A stretch of 63,963 nt of DNA, the filler included, from Vicugna vicugna (taxonomy: Eukaryota), in NCBI GenBank assembly GCA_013265495.1. It is 80 parts of 79 records of this genome, joined end to end, with 100 filler letters (N's around TTAATTAATTAA, not from the genome) between each part and the next. Parts side by side here need not be neighbours in the genome. Positions count along the whole stretch, not along the records: positions 49,350 to 49,870 come from PNXW01024179.1; positions 49,971 to 50,454 come from PNXW01024180.1; positions 50,555 to 51,062 come from MU062412.1; positions 51,163 to 51,543 come from PNXW01024184.1; positions 51,644 to 52,475 come from MU062419.1; positions 52,576 to 53,241 come from MU062420.1; positions 53,342 to 53,992 come from PNXW01024262.1; positions 54,093 to 54,808 come from PNXW01024273.1; 72 more parts are not named here. One strand, given 5' to 3'. Below the pieces are notes generated by a model that saw only the letters and a list, made by a program, of their open reading frames with translations, was not told the origin of the DNA and searched no databases. Below, piece by piece: positions 49,350 through 60,832 of the stretch (positions are counted from its first letter, which is position 1; every line of letters begins with the position of its first letter). The position numbers and the translations under genes were made by a program.

Positions 49350-49870
49350 GAAGATAGAATATAGAACACAGAATATAGAATATGGAAAACAGATTACAAA
49401 ACACAGAATTGAGAACATGGAAAGAAGAACACAGAATTAAAATATAGAAAACAGAATACTGAATATAGAATTTCTTTAATAGAATTTTGAAACCAGAATT
49501 TAGAATATAGAATACAGAATACTGAATTTCGAATTTAGAATATAGAATGTAGAACACAGAATATGGAAAGTAGAATACAGAATGCAGATTATTGAATACA
49601 GAATATAGAATGTAGAACACAGTATACAGAATATAGATTACAGAATATAGAAAACTGAATTTAGAACATGGAATGCAGAACATAGAATTTAGAATATAGA
49701 ATACAGAATACTGAATATTGAGTTTAGAATATAAAAATTGAGGAACACAGAATATAGAATATAAACTACGGAATGCAGAATATAGGATATAATTTATAAA
49801 ATGATGAACACAAATTATAGAACAAAGAAGAGAGAATATAGAACCCAGAATTTAGAACATGGAATGTAGA
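49350..49870 (+). repeat. Satellite S1 (7-bp unit)
   Basis: AGAATAT array. Confidence 0.97.
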
Positions 49871-49970
49871 NNNNNNNNNNNNNNNNNNNNNNNNNNNNNN
49901 NNNNNNNNNNNNNNTTAATTAATTAANNNNNNNNNNNNNNNNNNNNNNNNNNNNNNNNNNNNNNNNNNNN

Positions 49971-50454
49971 GATGGAATCTATTCAAATTAAATATCTATA
50001 TGGTAGAATTCGCCCTGAGAGGGTTATTCTGCTAGAAAAGAGTGATTCTTGAAACTGTTGATAGGAAGAATCTACGAAGTAAAAGTAAATATTTCAAAGT
50101 GAATAGGTACCTTATTTGGTGGTTGAAATTTCAGTCATCCAAATGTTCACAACTCAGAAATACATGTTTGTGGATTCCGTGATGCATGAAACATGTTTGG
50201 AATACGGAATGCCATGTTTATGTAAACAATGTAAATGACATTTGTATTGGTGAGTATTCGCTTAAAGAGTGTTTTTTGGAGCAAAATGACCGATTGTGGA
50301 AGTGAGAAAAAAAACCGATGAAGTCAGAGTAAATATTTCTAAATGAATAAATGCCTTGTTTGGTATATGAAAGGTCAGTAATCCACATGCTCACAACTGG
50401 GAAACGCAGGTTTGTCGAATCTGTCATGCATGTAGCATGTACGGAACCCGAAAT
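49971..50454 (+). repeat. Satellite S3a
   Basis: C then A monomers. Confidence 0.94.
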
Positions 50455-50554
50455 NNNNNNNNNNNNNNNNNNNNNNNNNNNNNNNNNNNNNNNNNNNNTT
50501 AATTAATTAANNNNNNNNNNNNNNNNNNNNNNNNNNNNNNNNNNNNNNNNNNNN

Positions 50555-51062
50555 GTTGGTGGAACCTCCCCACGCTCAGGATTCCGGAACCATAGTCACA
50601 GCGTGGGGGAGCTCCGGATACATCACCACGGAGCTCTCTTCAGTCACAGGTGTTCTCTGTTCGGGGAAGTTCTGGAAATAGCTTCCCTGACTTTGGGGAG
50701 GCAGCCTCGGTCACTGGGATATCCTGAAATCACCCCTAGCATTCCCTGGCACAGAGACATTAGGAAAACCCTCAGGGGAGGCGAGCTNNNNNNNNNNNNN
50801 NNNNNNNNNNNNNNNNNNNNNNNNNNNNNNNNNNNNNNNNNNNNNNNNNNNNNNNNNNNNNNNNNNNNNNNNNNNNNNNNNNNNNNNNNNNNNNNNNNNN
50901 NNNNNNNNNNNNNNNNNNNNNNNNNNNNNNNNNNNNNNNNNNNNNNNNNNNNNNNNNNNNNNNNNNNNNNNNNNNNNNNNNNNNNNNNNNNNNNNNNNNN
51001 NNNNNNNNNNTAGAGGCATTAGAAAAACCCTCAGGGGAGACGAGCTTAGGAATTCCGTTATA
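50555..51062 (+). repeat. Satellite S2a (267 bp), gapped
   Basis: Same monomer. Confidence 0.96.
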
Positions 51063-51162
51063 NNNNNNNNNNNNNNNNNNNNNNNNNNNNNNNNNNNNNN
51101 NNNNNNTTAATTAATTAANNNNNNNNNNNNNNNNNNNNNNNNNNNNNNNNNNNNNNNNNNNN

Positions 51163-51543
51163 TTGTGTTCCCTTCAAGCTAGGTGAAGGACGGCTTTCAC
51201 ACTTACATATCTCTCAGAAATGAGCATGTGGAGAGTCGTTCATTCTTCCAGCACAAAGGGAACGCGTTGCAGGAGAAACCCTTACTCTGGTTTCTCAGTC
51301 GGTTTCATAGTGCCAGTTTGATGTGACTGCCGTTTTCACTGTAAAACCGAGTTCGAGCTTGTACCTCCCCTTATATATGTATGGAGTGGAGTTGGCAACT
51401 GAAAAGAAACTTTGAGGTTTCTCAGTCGGTTTCATAGTGCCAGTTTGATGTGACTGCCGTTTTCACTGTAAAACCGAGTTCGAGCTTGTATCTCCCCTTA
51501 TATATTTATGGAGTGGAGTTGGAAACTGAAAAGAAACTTTGTG
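51163..51543 (-). repeat. Satellite S3b with a repeated 127-bp half-monomer
   Basis: GGTTTCTCAGTCGGTTTCATAGTG at 51289 and 51416. Confidence 0.94.
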
Positions 51544-51643
51544 NNNNNNNNNNNNNNNNNNNNNNNNNNNNNNNNNNNNNNNNNNNNTTAATTAATTAAN
51601 NNNNNNNNNNNNNNNNNNNNNNNNNNNNNNNNNNNNNNNNNNN

Positions 51644-52475
51644 GAAAACCCTCAGGGGAGACGAACTTAGGCTTTCCGTTAGATCCCATGCTATGCCGAC
51701 CGTTGGTGGAGCCTCCCCACCCTCAGGATTCCGGAACCATTTTCAGTGCGTGAGGGAGCTCGAGAGACAACTCCACGCAGCTCTCTTCAGTCACAGGTGT
51801 TCCCTGTTCGGGGAAGTCCGAGAAAAATCTTCCCTGACTTTGGGGAGGCAGCCTCTGTCACTNNNNNNNNNNNNNNNNNNNNNNNNNNNNNNNNNNNNNN
51901 NNNNNNNNNNNNNNNNNNNNNNNNNNNNNNNNNNNNNNNNNNNNNNNNNNNNNNNNNNNNNNNNNNNNNNNNNNNNNNNNNNNNNNNNNNNNNNNNNNNN
52001 NNNNNNNNNNNNNNNNNNNNNNNNNNNNNNNNNNNNNNNNNNNNNNNNNNNNNNNNNNNNNNNNNCGGGGAAGTCAATAAATTCCCGGACCTTGGGGAGG
52101 CAGCCTCTGTCCCTGGGATAACCTGCAAATCGCCCTAGCATTCCCTGGCACAGAGACATTAGGAAAACCCTCAGGGGTGATGAGCTTAGGCATCCCGTCA
52201 GGACTCACGCGCTGCCGACCTTTGGTGGAATCTCCTCACTCTCAAGATTCCGGAACCATTTTCATTGCGTGGGGGAGCTCGAGAGACAACTCCACGCAGC
52301 TCTCTTCAGTCACAGGTGTTCCCTGTTCGGGGAAGTCCGAGAAATACCTTCCCTGACCTTGGGGAGTCAGCATCTGTCACTGGGATATCCTGCAAATCCC
52401 GCTAGCATTCCTTGGCATAGACACATTTGGAAAACCTTCAGGGGAGACGAGCATAGGCTTTCTGTTTGAACCAAC
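51644..52475 (+). repeat. Satellite S2a (267 bp)
   Basis: Same monomer. Confidence 0.97.
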
Positions 52476-52575
52476 NNNNNNNNNNNNNNNNNNNNNNNNN
52501 NNNNNNNNNNNNNNNNNNNTTAATTAATTAANNNNNNNNNNNNNNNNNNNNNNNNNNNNNNNNNNNNNNNNNNNN

Positions 52576-53241
52576 GGATGTGGGCACAGGTGTTCACCTT
52601 TAGGGAGAATTGATCTGAATTCTTCCACAGTCCATCGGGGTACTCGCTACTATATGGCCTCAAAGCCCAACCCCCAGCTTTCCCTCAGAGCCAGGCCTAG
52701 GGAAACACTCAGGGATTACAAGCTATCGGATATTATTAGAACCCAGGCGGTGCTGTCACTTGAAATTNNNNNNNNNNNNNNNNNNNNNNNNNNNNNNNNN
52801 NNNNNNNNNNNNNNNNNNNNNNNNNNNNNNNNNNNNNNNNNNNNNNNNNNNNNNNNNNNNNNNNNNNNNNNNNNAGTTTAAACAACTTCTCATAAGGAGG
52901 CACTAGCTATTACTTGGCTATAGAGCCCATCCCCCACCATCGCTCACTGCTAGGCCTAGGAAATCACTTAGGGAAGTCAAGCTAATGGATTCTATTAGAA
53001 CCCAGGTGCAGCTGTCAGATTGTGGAGCCTCCCTATTCTCAGAATACCAGAACACTTCTTCGTGTGTGAGCTGGATGTAGGGAAACAGAGTCAAAGAATC
53101 ATTCAGGGGGCACAGATATTCCATGGTTGTGGGTTGTAGGTTAAACAGCCTCATCCCATCCATAGGCTCTCGCTAATACTTTGTTTAGAGCCCAATCCCC
53201 ACATTCAACCCCTCTCCAGCCTAGGAATGCCATCAGGGAAG
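52576..53241 (-). repeat. Satellite S2b
   Basis: Reverse complement; 52990-53241 closely matches 44136-44360. Confidence 0.93.
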
Positions 53242-53341
53242 NNNNNNNNNNNNNNNNNNNNNNNNNNNNNNNNNNNNNNNNNNNNTTAATTAATTAANNN
53301 NNNNNNNNNNNNNNNNNNNNNNNNNNNNNNNNNNNNNNNNN

Positions 53342-53992
53342 ATAGAATGTAGAACACAGAATATAAAATATAGAATAGAGAATATAAAATTCAGAATTTA
53401 GAACATGGAATGCAGAACACAGAATTTAGAATATATAATGCAGAACACTGTATATAGGATTTAGAACATGGAATGCAGAACAAATATTTTACAATATCGA
53501 AAACAGAGTACTGAATATAGAATTTAGAATATAGAATGTAGAACACAGAATATAGAATATAGAATACGGAATGCAGATTATAGAATGTAGAATATAGAAA
53601 GTAGAACTGAAAATATAGATTATATAAAAGAGAATATAGGATCCTGAATTTAGAAATGGAATGCTGAACACAGAATTTAGAATATAGAATACAGAATTCT
53701 GAATATAGAATTTTGAATATAGAATGTAGAACACATAATATAGAATATGGAATACAGAATACTGAATATAGAATGTAGAATTTGGAATGCTAACACAGAA
53801 TTTAGAATAAAGAATATAGAAGTGAATATAAAAGAAGTGAATATTTTGCATATAGAATGTAGAAGACAGTATATAGAATATAGAATATGGAGGGCAGAAT
53901 ATAGAATGTAGAAAATAGAATGAAGAACAAAAAGTATAGAATATATCAAACAAAATATACAATCCAGAATTTAAAAAAGGAATGCAGAACAC
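53342..53992 (+). repeat. Satellite S1 (7-bp unit)
   Basis: AGAATAT array. Confidence 0.97.
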
Positions 53993-56410
53993 NNNNNNNN
54001 NNNNNNNNNNNNNNNNNNNNNNNNNNNNNNNNNNNNTTAATTAATTAANNNNNNNNNNNNNNNNNNNNNNNNNNNNNNNNNNNNNNNNNNNNGTATATTT
54101 TTAAAGCAATTATTTTATATATAGAATGTAATTTAGGGAAAAAAACTCCGTCTATCTGTAGACTTATAAACAGGAATCACAAAGGGGTGCCTTTGCAGAC
54201 ATGAACCTGCATGCATAAATGCAAAGCCTATTGATCAAAATCCTTTCCTGTCTCCTAAGCTTAAAAAAAAAACTAAATAATTTAAGGCAGTGGTGAGCTG
54301 AAAGGGCTCAGAAACAAAACGTGCACATCGTCAGCCTTCTAGTAGATAAAAGTGTGCCATGCATAATAGAAAAGTTGACGTTTCCTATGGAAATCTATTT
54401 TATTCAGATGCAAACATTTAAAGGCAACCGAGATCTCAAAACCAAGTTCAACCAAAGAGAAACAGAAGCCAACCAAGCAAATGTGCAGAAATGGACAAAG
54501 GTATTGGAGAAGGAGGGGATCTGTGTTCAACCTATACTCCAGATCAGCAAACTCATCCTGAATTCAAGCCAGTGATGTGCCATGAGGTCACTCAAGGAAC
54601 CAGGCAGAAACCATCGGCCAGAGGAAATAGCAACAATGTCAAAGGTAGGTGTGAGATGTGGAAGGGATGACCCTGTGAACCTTGCTGCCATGAGGCAGGA
54701 TGCTCTTGCGGGCTTTCGGCACAGGCTGGCTTGCTCACATGACTGTTTAGAAGGATATCAGCCAACAGTTGTGCCACACGGGCTACAGCCTGAGCTGAGT
54801 CACATCTANNNNNNNNNNNNNNNNNNNNNNNNNNNNNNNNNNNNNNNNNNNNTTAATTAATTAANNNNNNNNNNNNNNNNNNNNNNNNNNNNNNNNNNNN
54901 NNNNNNNNTTCTTTCTTTCTGTTTTTGCAGAGTGAACACCTTTGGGTGTCAGTTTGTCCTTCCAAGTTTCTTCACAAGGGCTCCATCTTTCAGCTTCAGT
55001 ATGGATTACTGGGGTCTGCCTCGAAACAAAAGCATTTCCCTTGTCCCCCAGCTCACCACGCCCCTCAAAAAAAAGATTCTATCTTCGCTGTGAAATGNNN
55101 NNNNNNNNNNNNNNNNNNNNNNNNNNNNNNNNNNNNNNNNNNNNNNNNNNNNNNNNNNNNNNNNNNNNNNNNNNNNNNNNNNNNNNNNNNNNNNNNNNNN
55201 NNNNNNNNNNNNNNNNNNNNNNNNNNNNNNNNNNNNNNNNNNNNNNNNNNNNNNNNNNNNNNNNNNNNNNNNNNNNNNNNNNNNNNNNNNNNNNNNNNNN
55301 NNNNNNNNNNNNNNNNNNNNNNNNNNNNNNNNNNTCAAAAGCATTTCCTGAAAGAAATAGGTTAATTATTTAACAATAAATTTTGTAGAATCTGGTTATC
55401 AGTGAGCTATTTTTACCAATCAAGGAGAAGGATATATTCCCTAAATTGTTACTGAGCAATTAATGTGAAATGAAACTTGCTCACATGAACTAGTTTAAAG
55501 AAAAGGATGCATTATAGTATCTGTGGTCTGTTTATACCTTCGCTTAAGTAAGCACATTGTTGTAGGTTCCAGTGAACTGAACTTTGCCTCCATGTATTTC
55601 TACTATGGGCTAAAATATTTAGGGAATATGTTTTGAATTATGTTCCACTTGTTTGAAAACCAGGAATGCTGAATGCTAGCCAAATTCGAGGGTGGCTTGT
55701 GTTTTCCTCACAGCCTCTTCTCTTTGTATAAGTTGCCAGTATCCTTCTTAATTTTTCGTATAAAATCCTAACATACCANNNNNNNNNNNNNNNNNNNNNN
55801 NNNNNNNNNNNNNNNNNNNNNNTTAATTAATTAANNNNNNNNNNNNNNNNNNNNNNNNNNNNNNNNNNNNNNNNNNNNTTCTTCTTCCCTCTTTCCTTTT
55901 GTTCAGATCTGTATGCACAGAACTAATGGAGAGAATTGTGACCCTTTTCAGTTGAAGGTTTCACACGTCTTTAAACTTTCTAAGAGTTCACAGTACACAG
56001 AGACCCAGTAAAGGAGACTTATGTTCCTATAATACAACCGGAATACATATGCGTCGCATGATTTCTGCTGAAAAACCCACACTCTCAGGACATGGATCTA
56101 TTGGTTTCATGGGGGCTGAATTTCCAAGAAATGAAACCAACCCCAATGTGCACTTTACTGTCTGTCTCTTATGCTCTTAGTACACTTTGGCAGAGCTACT
56201 TGCCTTTGTTATAGGCTTCTTACAATTCTTCTCTACGTAGCGTAGAATATGGCATTCCTTCTCCCTTTGGAAGATATACAAGACTACATCACGGACTAGG
56301 AATCCATTGGNNNNNNNNNNNNNNNNNNNNNNNNNNNNNNNNNNNNNNNNNNNNTTAATTAATTAANNNNNNNNNNNNNNNNNNNNNNNNNNNNNNNNNN
56401 NNNNNNNNNN

Positions 56411-56908
56411 ACCGAGGCAGCCTCCCCAAGGTCAGGGAAATTATTTCTCGGACATTCCCGAACAGGGAACTCCTCTTACTGAAGAGAGCTGCGGGGAATT
56501 GTCTCTCAAGCTCCCCCACGCCCTGAAAATGGTTCCGGAATCCTGAGCGTGGGGAGGTTCCACCAACGGTCGGCAGCGTGTGGGTTCTAACGGAATGCCT
56601 AAGCTCGTCTCCCCTGAGGGTTTTCTTAACGTCTCTGTGCCAGGGAATGCTAGGGGTGATTGCACGATACCCCAGTGAAAGAGGCTGCCTCCCAAAAGTC
56701 AGGGAAGTTATTTATCGGTCTTCCCCGAACAGGGAACTCCTGTGAATGAGGAGGACTGCGTGGAGTTGTCTCTCGAGCTCCCCCACGCACTGACAATGTT
56801 TCCGGAATCCTGAGCGTGGGGAGGTTCCACCAACGGTAGGCAGAGCATGGGTTTTAACTTAATGCATAAGCTCGTCTCCCCTAGGGTTTTCCTAATGTCT
56901 CTGTGCCA
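56411..56908 (-). repeat. Satellite S2a (267 bp)
   Basis: Reverse complement, nearly two monomers. Confidence 0.97.
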
Positions 56909-57785
56909 NNNNNNNNNNNNNNNNNNNNNNNNNNNNNNNNNNNNNNNNNNNNTTAATTAATTAANNNNNNNNNNNNNNNNNNNNNNNNNNNNNNNNNNNN
57001 NNNNNNNNTTTTTTGGTGATAAAAAAATGTCATATTTTAAAACAAGGCTTGGGCCATCAACAACAAGCTCAGAGTTGTTGAGGAGGAGAACATAAAGCTG
57101 CATATAGACATGAAAGTGTTCCAACTCCACTGCTCGAAAAAACTTAGCCAATCATGTGTCCAGGTGATTTGAAAATCCCGTTAAGTAAATAACTCAAAAG
57201 TGGGAAAGACATGGTATTAAATAGTGGTAGTGAGCAATGAAATCCAAGAAGTTTATACCTATATTTTCATTGTTAATATAACAAACTGAAAGCAACTGTC
57301 TAAAAAGTAGTAACTGGAGGACACACACANNNNNNNNNNNNNNNNNNNNNNNNNNNNNNNNNNNNNNNNNNNNNNNNNNNNNNNNNNNNNNNNNNNNNNN
57401 NNNNNNNNNNNNNNNNNNNNNNNNNNNNNNNNNNNNNNNNNNNNNNNNNNNNNNNNNNNNNNNNNNNNNNNNNNNNNNNNNNNNNNNNNNNNNNNNNNNN
57501 NNNNNNNNTTAGAGAGAATTTTCATTAAAAGGCAATATAGCTTCCAAATCATTGAAGAGAAAATTATCAATAAAAAAATTAATCAATCCAGCTAATATGG
57601 AGTAACAGAGACCATATTTATCATCCTAAAATAAACCACTAATGCATATAATATATGAAGCAATGATTTTTAAGAGAGGTGAAAANNNNNNNNNNNNNNN
57701 NNNNNNNNNNNNNNNNNNNNNNNNNNNNNTTAATTAATTAANNNNNNNNNNNNNNNNNNNNNNNNNNNNNNNNNNNNNNNNNNNN

Positions 57786-59174
57786 CTATATTCAGTATTC
57801 TGTATTGTATATTCTAAATTCTGAGTTCTGAATTCCATGCTCAAAATTCTCTATTCTATATTCTATATTCTGTGTTCTGCTTTCTATATTCTAAATTCTA
57901 TATTCAGTATTCTGTATTCTATATTCTAAATTCTGTGTTCTGCACTCCATGTTCTCAATTCAATATTCAGTATTCTATTCTNNNNNNNNNNNNNNNNNNN
58001 NNNNNNNNNNNNNNNNNNNNNNNNNNNNNNNNNNNNNNNNNNNNNNNNNNNNNNNNNNNNTAATCCAAATGTTCTGCATTCCATGTTCTAAATTCTGGGT
58101 TTTATAATCTATAATCTATATTCTATATTCTGTGTTCTACATTCTATATTCTAAATACTATATTCAACTTTCTGTATTTTATTTTATAAATTATGTGTTT
58201 TACATTCTATATTCTAAAGTCGATATCCAGTATTATGTAATCTATATTCTAAATTCTGTGTTCTGCATAGCATGTTCTTTATTCTGGATTCTTTATTCTG
58301 TATTCTACATTCTATATTCTGTGTTCTACATTCTATATTCTAAATTCTATATTCAGTATTCTATATTATATATTCTAAATTCTGGGCTCTACCTTCTATA
58401 TTCTAAATTGTATATTCAGTATTCTGTATTCTATATTCTAAATACTGTGTTCTGATTTCCATGTTCCAAAATATGGCTTCAATATAATCTAAGCTATATT
58501 TTTTCTTCCGTTTTGTATATGTATTTCTAAATTATGTATTCAGTATTATGTGTTTTATATTCTATATTCTGTGCTCTACATTCAATTTTTTAATTGTTTA
58601 TTAAGTATTCTGTATTCTATAATCTAAATTCTGTGTTCTGCATTCCATGTTTTAAANNNNNNNNNNNNNNNNNNNNNNNNNNNNNNNNNNNNNNNNNNNN
58701 NNNNNNNNNNNNNNNNNNNNNNNNNNNNNNNNNNNNNNNNNNNNNNNNNNNNNNNNNNNNNNNNNNNNNNNNNNNNNNNNNNNNNNNNNNNNNNNNNNNN
58801 NNNNNNNNNNNNNNNNNNNNNNNNNNNNNNNNNNNNNNNNNNNNNNNNNNNNNNNNNNNNNNNNNNNNNNNNNNNNNNNNNNNNNNNNNNNNNNNNNNNN
58901 NNNNNNNNNNNNNNNNNNNNNNNNNNNNNNNNNNNNNNNNNNNNNNNNNNNNNNNNNNNNNNNNNNNNNNNNNNNNNNNNNNNNNNNNNNNNNNNNNNNN
59001 NNNNNNNNNNNNNNNNNNNNNNNNNNNNNNNNNNNNNNNNNNNNNNNNNNNNNNNNNNNNNNNNNNNNNNNNNNNNNNNNNNNNNNNNNNATTCTATATT
59101 CCAAATTCCGTATGCAGTATCCTGTATTATATATTCTAAATTCTGTGTTCTGCATTCCATATTCAAAATTCTCT
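57786..59174 (-). repeat. Satellite S1 (7-bp unit), gapped
   Basis: ATATTCT array. Confidence 0.97.
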
Positions 59175-59274
59175 NNNNNNNNNNNNNNNNNNNNNNNNNN
59201 NNNNNNNNNNNNNNNNNNTTAATTAATTAANNNNNNNNNNNNNNNNNNNNNNNNNNNNNNNNNNNNNNNNNNNN

Positions 59275-59959
59275 ATTCTATATTCTAAATTTTGTGTTCT
59301 GCATTCCATATTCTAAATTTTGTGTTCAATAAACTCTATTCTATACTCTAAATTCTGTGTTGTATATTGTTTAGTATTATTCTATATTCAGTATTCGGTA
59401 TTCTATATTCTAAATTCTGTGTTCTGCATTCCGTGTTCTAAATTCTGGTTTCTATATTCACTATTCTATATTNNNNNNNNNNNNNNNNNNNNNNNNNNNN
59501 NNNNNNNNNNNNNNNNNNNNNNNNNNNNNNNNNNNNNNNNNNTCTGTGTTATCCATGTTCTAAATTCTGGGTTCTATTATCTATATTCTATATTCTATAA
59601 CTGTGTCCTACATTCTATATTCTGAATACTATATTCAGCTTTCTGTATTCTACATTCTATATTATATTCTCTGTGTTCTACAATCTATATTATCTATTCT
59701 GTATTCTATATTCTAAATTCTGTGTTGTGAATTCAATGTTCAAAATTCTGTGTTGTGTATTCTGAATTCTATATTCAATATTCTATGTTCTACATTCTCT
59801 TTTCTACATTCTACATTCTGTATACTACAATATATTTTTTGTTTTCTACATTCTATTTTCTATATTATATATTCAGTTTTATGTGTTTTATATTCTACAT
59901 TCTGTGCTCTACATTCAATTTTTTAATTGTTTATTAAGTATTCTGTATTCTATTCTATA
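59275..59959 (-). repeat. Satellite S1 (7-bp unit)
   Basis: ATATTCT array. Confidence 0.97.
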
Positions 59960-60059
59960 NNNNNNNNNNNNNNNNNNNNNNNNNNNNNNNNNNNNNNNNN
60001 NNNTTAATTAATTAANNNNNNNNNNNNNNNNNNNNNNNNNNNNNNNNNNNNNNNNNNNN

Positions 60060-60832
60060 GGATGTTCACAACTCAGAAATGCATGTTTGAGGAATTCGTT
60101 ATGCTTGAAACATGTTCGCTATACGGAATTCCATGGTAATGTAAACAATGTAAATTACATGTGTATTGGTGAGAATTCGCTCAAAGAGTGTTTTCTGGTG
60201 ACAAATATCCGATTTTAGATCCTGGTGATAGAAAAAACATATGAAGTCAGAGTAAATATTTGTAAGAGTATATATGCCTTGTTTGGTGGATGAAAGGTCA
60301 GTAATCCACATGCTCACATCTCAGAAACTCATGTTTGTCAAATCTGACATGCATGTAGCATGTACGGAAACCGGAATGCAATTTTGATGGATTCTATTCA
60401 CATCACATATATCTAGGGTAGATTTCGCTCCAAGAATGTTTTTCTGGGGTCAAAGTCTGATTCTTGAAACTGGTGAAAGAGAGAAGTAATGAAGTCCAAG
60501 TAAATATTTCTAAGTGCATATGTACCCTGTTATGTTTGAAACATCAGTCATGGGCATGTTCACAGCTCAGAAATGCATGTTTAAGGAATCCATGTTGCAT
60601 GAAACATGTTAGGAATGCGGAAAGCCCTGTTTATGTAAACAATGTAAATTACATGTTTATTGGTGAGAATTCGCTCAAAGACAAGAGAGTTTTTCTGGGA
60701 TCAAAGTGTGATTGTTGAAACTGGTGATAGGAATAAGCTATGAAGTCAAAGTAAATATTCCCGAGTGCTTAGGTATCATGTTTGGTTTTTGAAACATCAG
60801 TCATACGCATGTTCACAACTGAGAAATTCATG
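60060..60832 (+). repeat. Satellite S3a, rearranged unit lacking the B monomer
   Basis: Order A-C-A(truncated)-C. Confidence 0.93.

Noticed and set aside
53489..53992. Hydrophobic F/Y/I/L/S-rich membrane-like ORFs (also 9856, 12873, 35019, 49294, 58132)
   Set aside because: Translation of the ATATTCT strand of the S1 satellite
60545..60612. p53-like half-sites (GGGCATGTTC, AAACATGTT) in S3a
   Set aside because: The half-sites are ~40 bp apart, not a canonical full element, and CATG is generally abundant in this repeat
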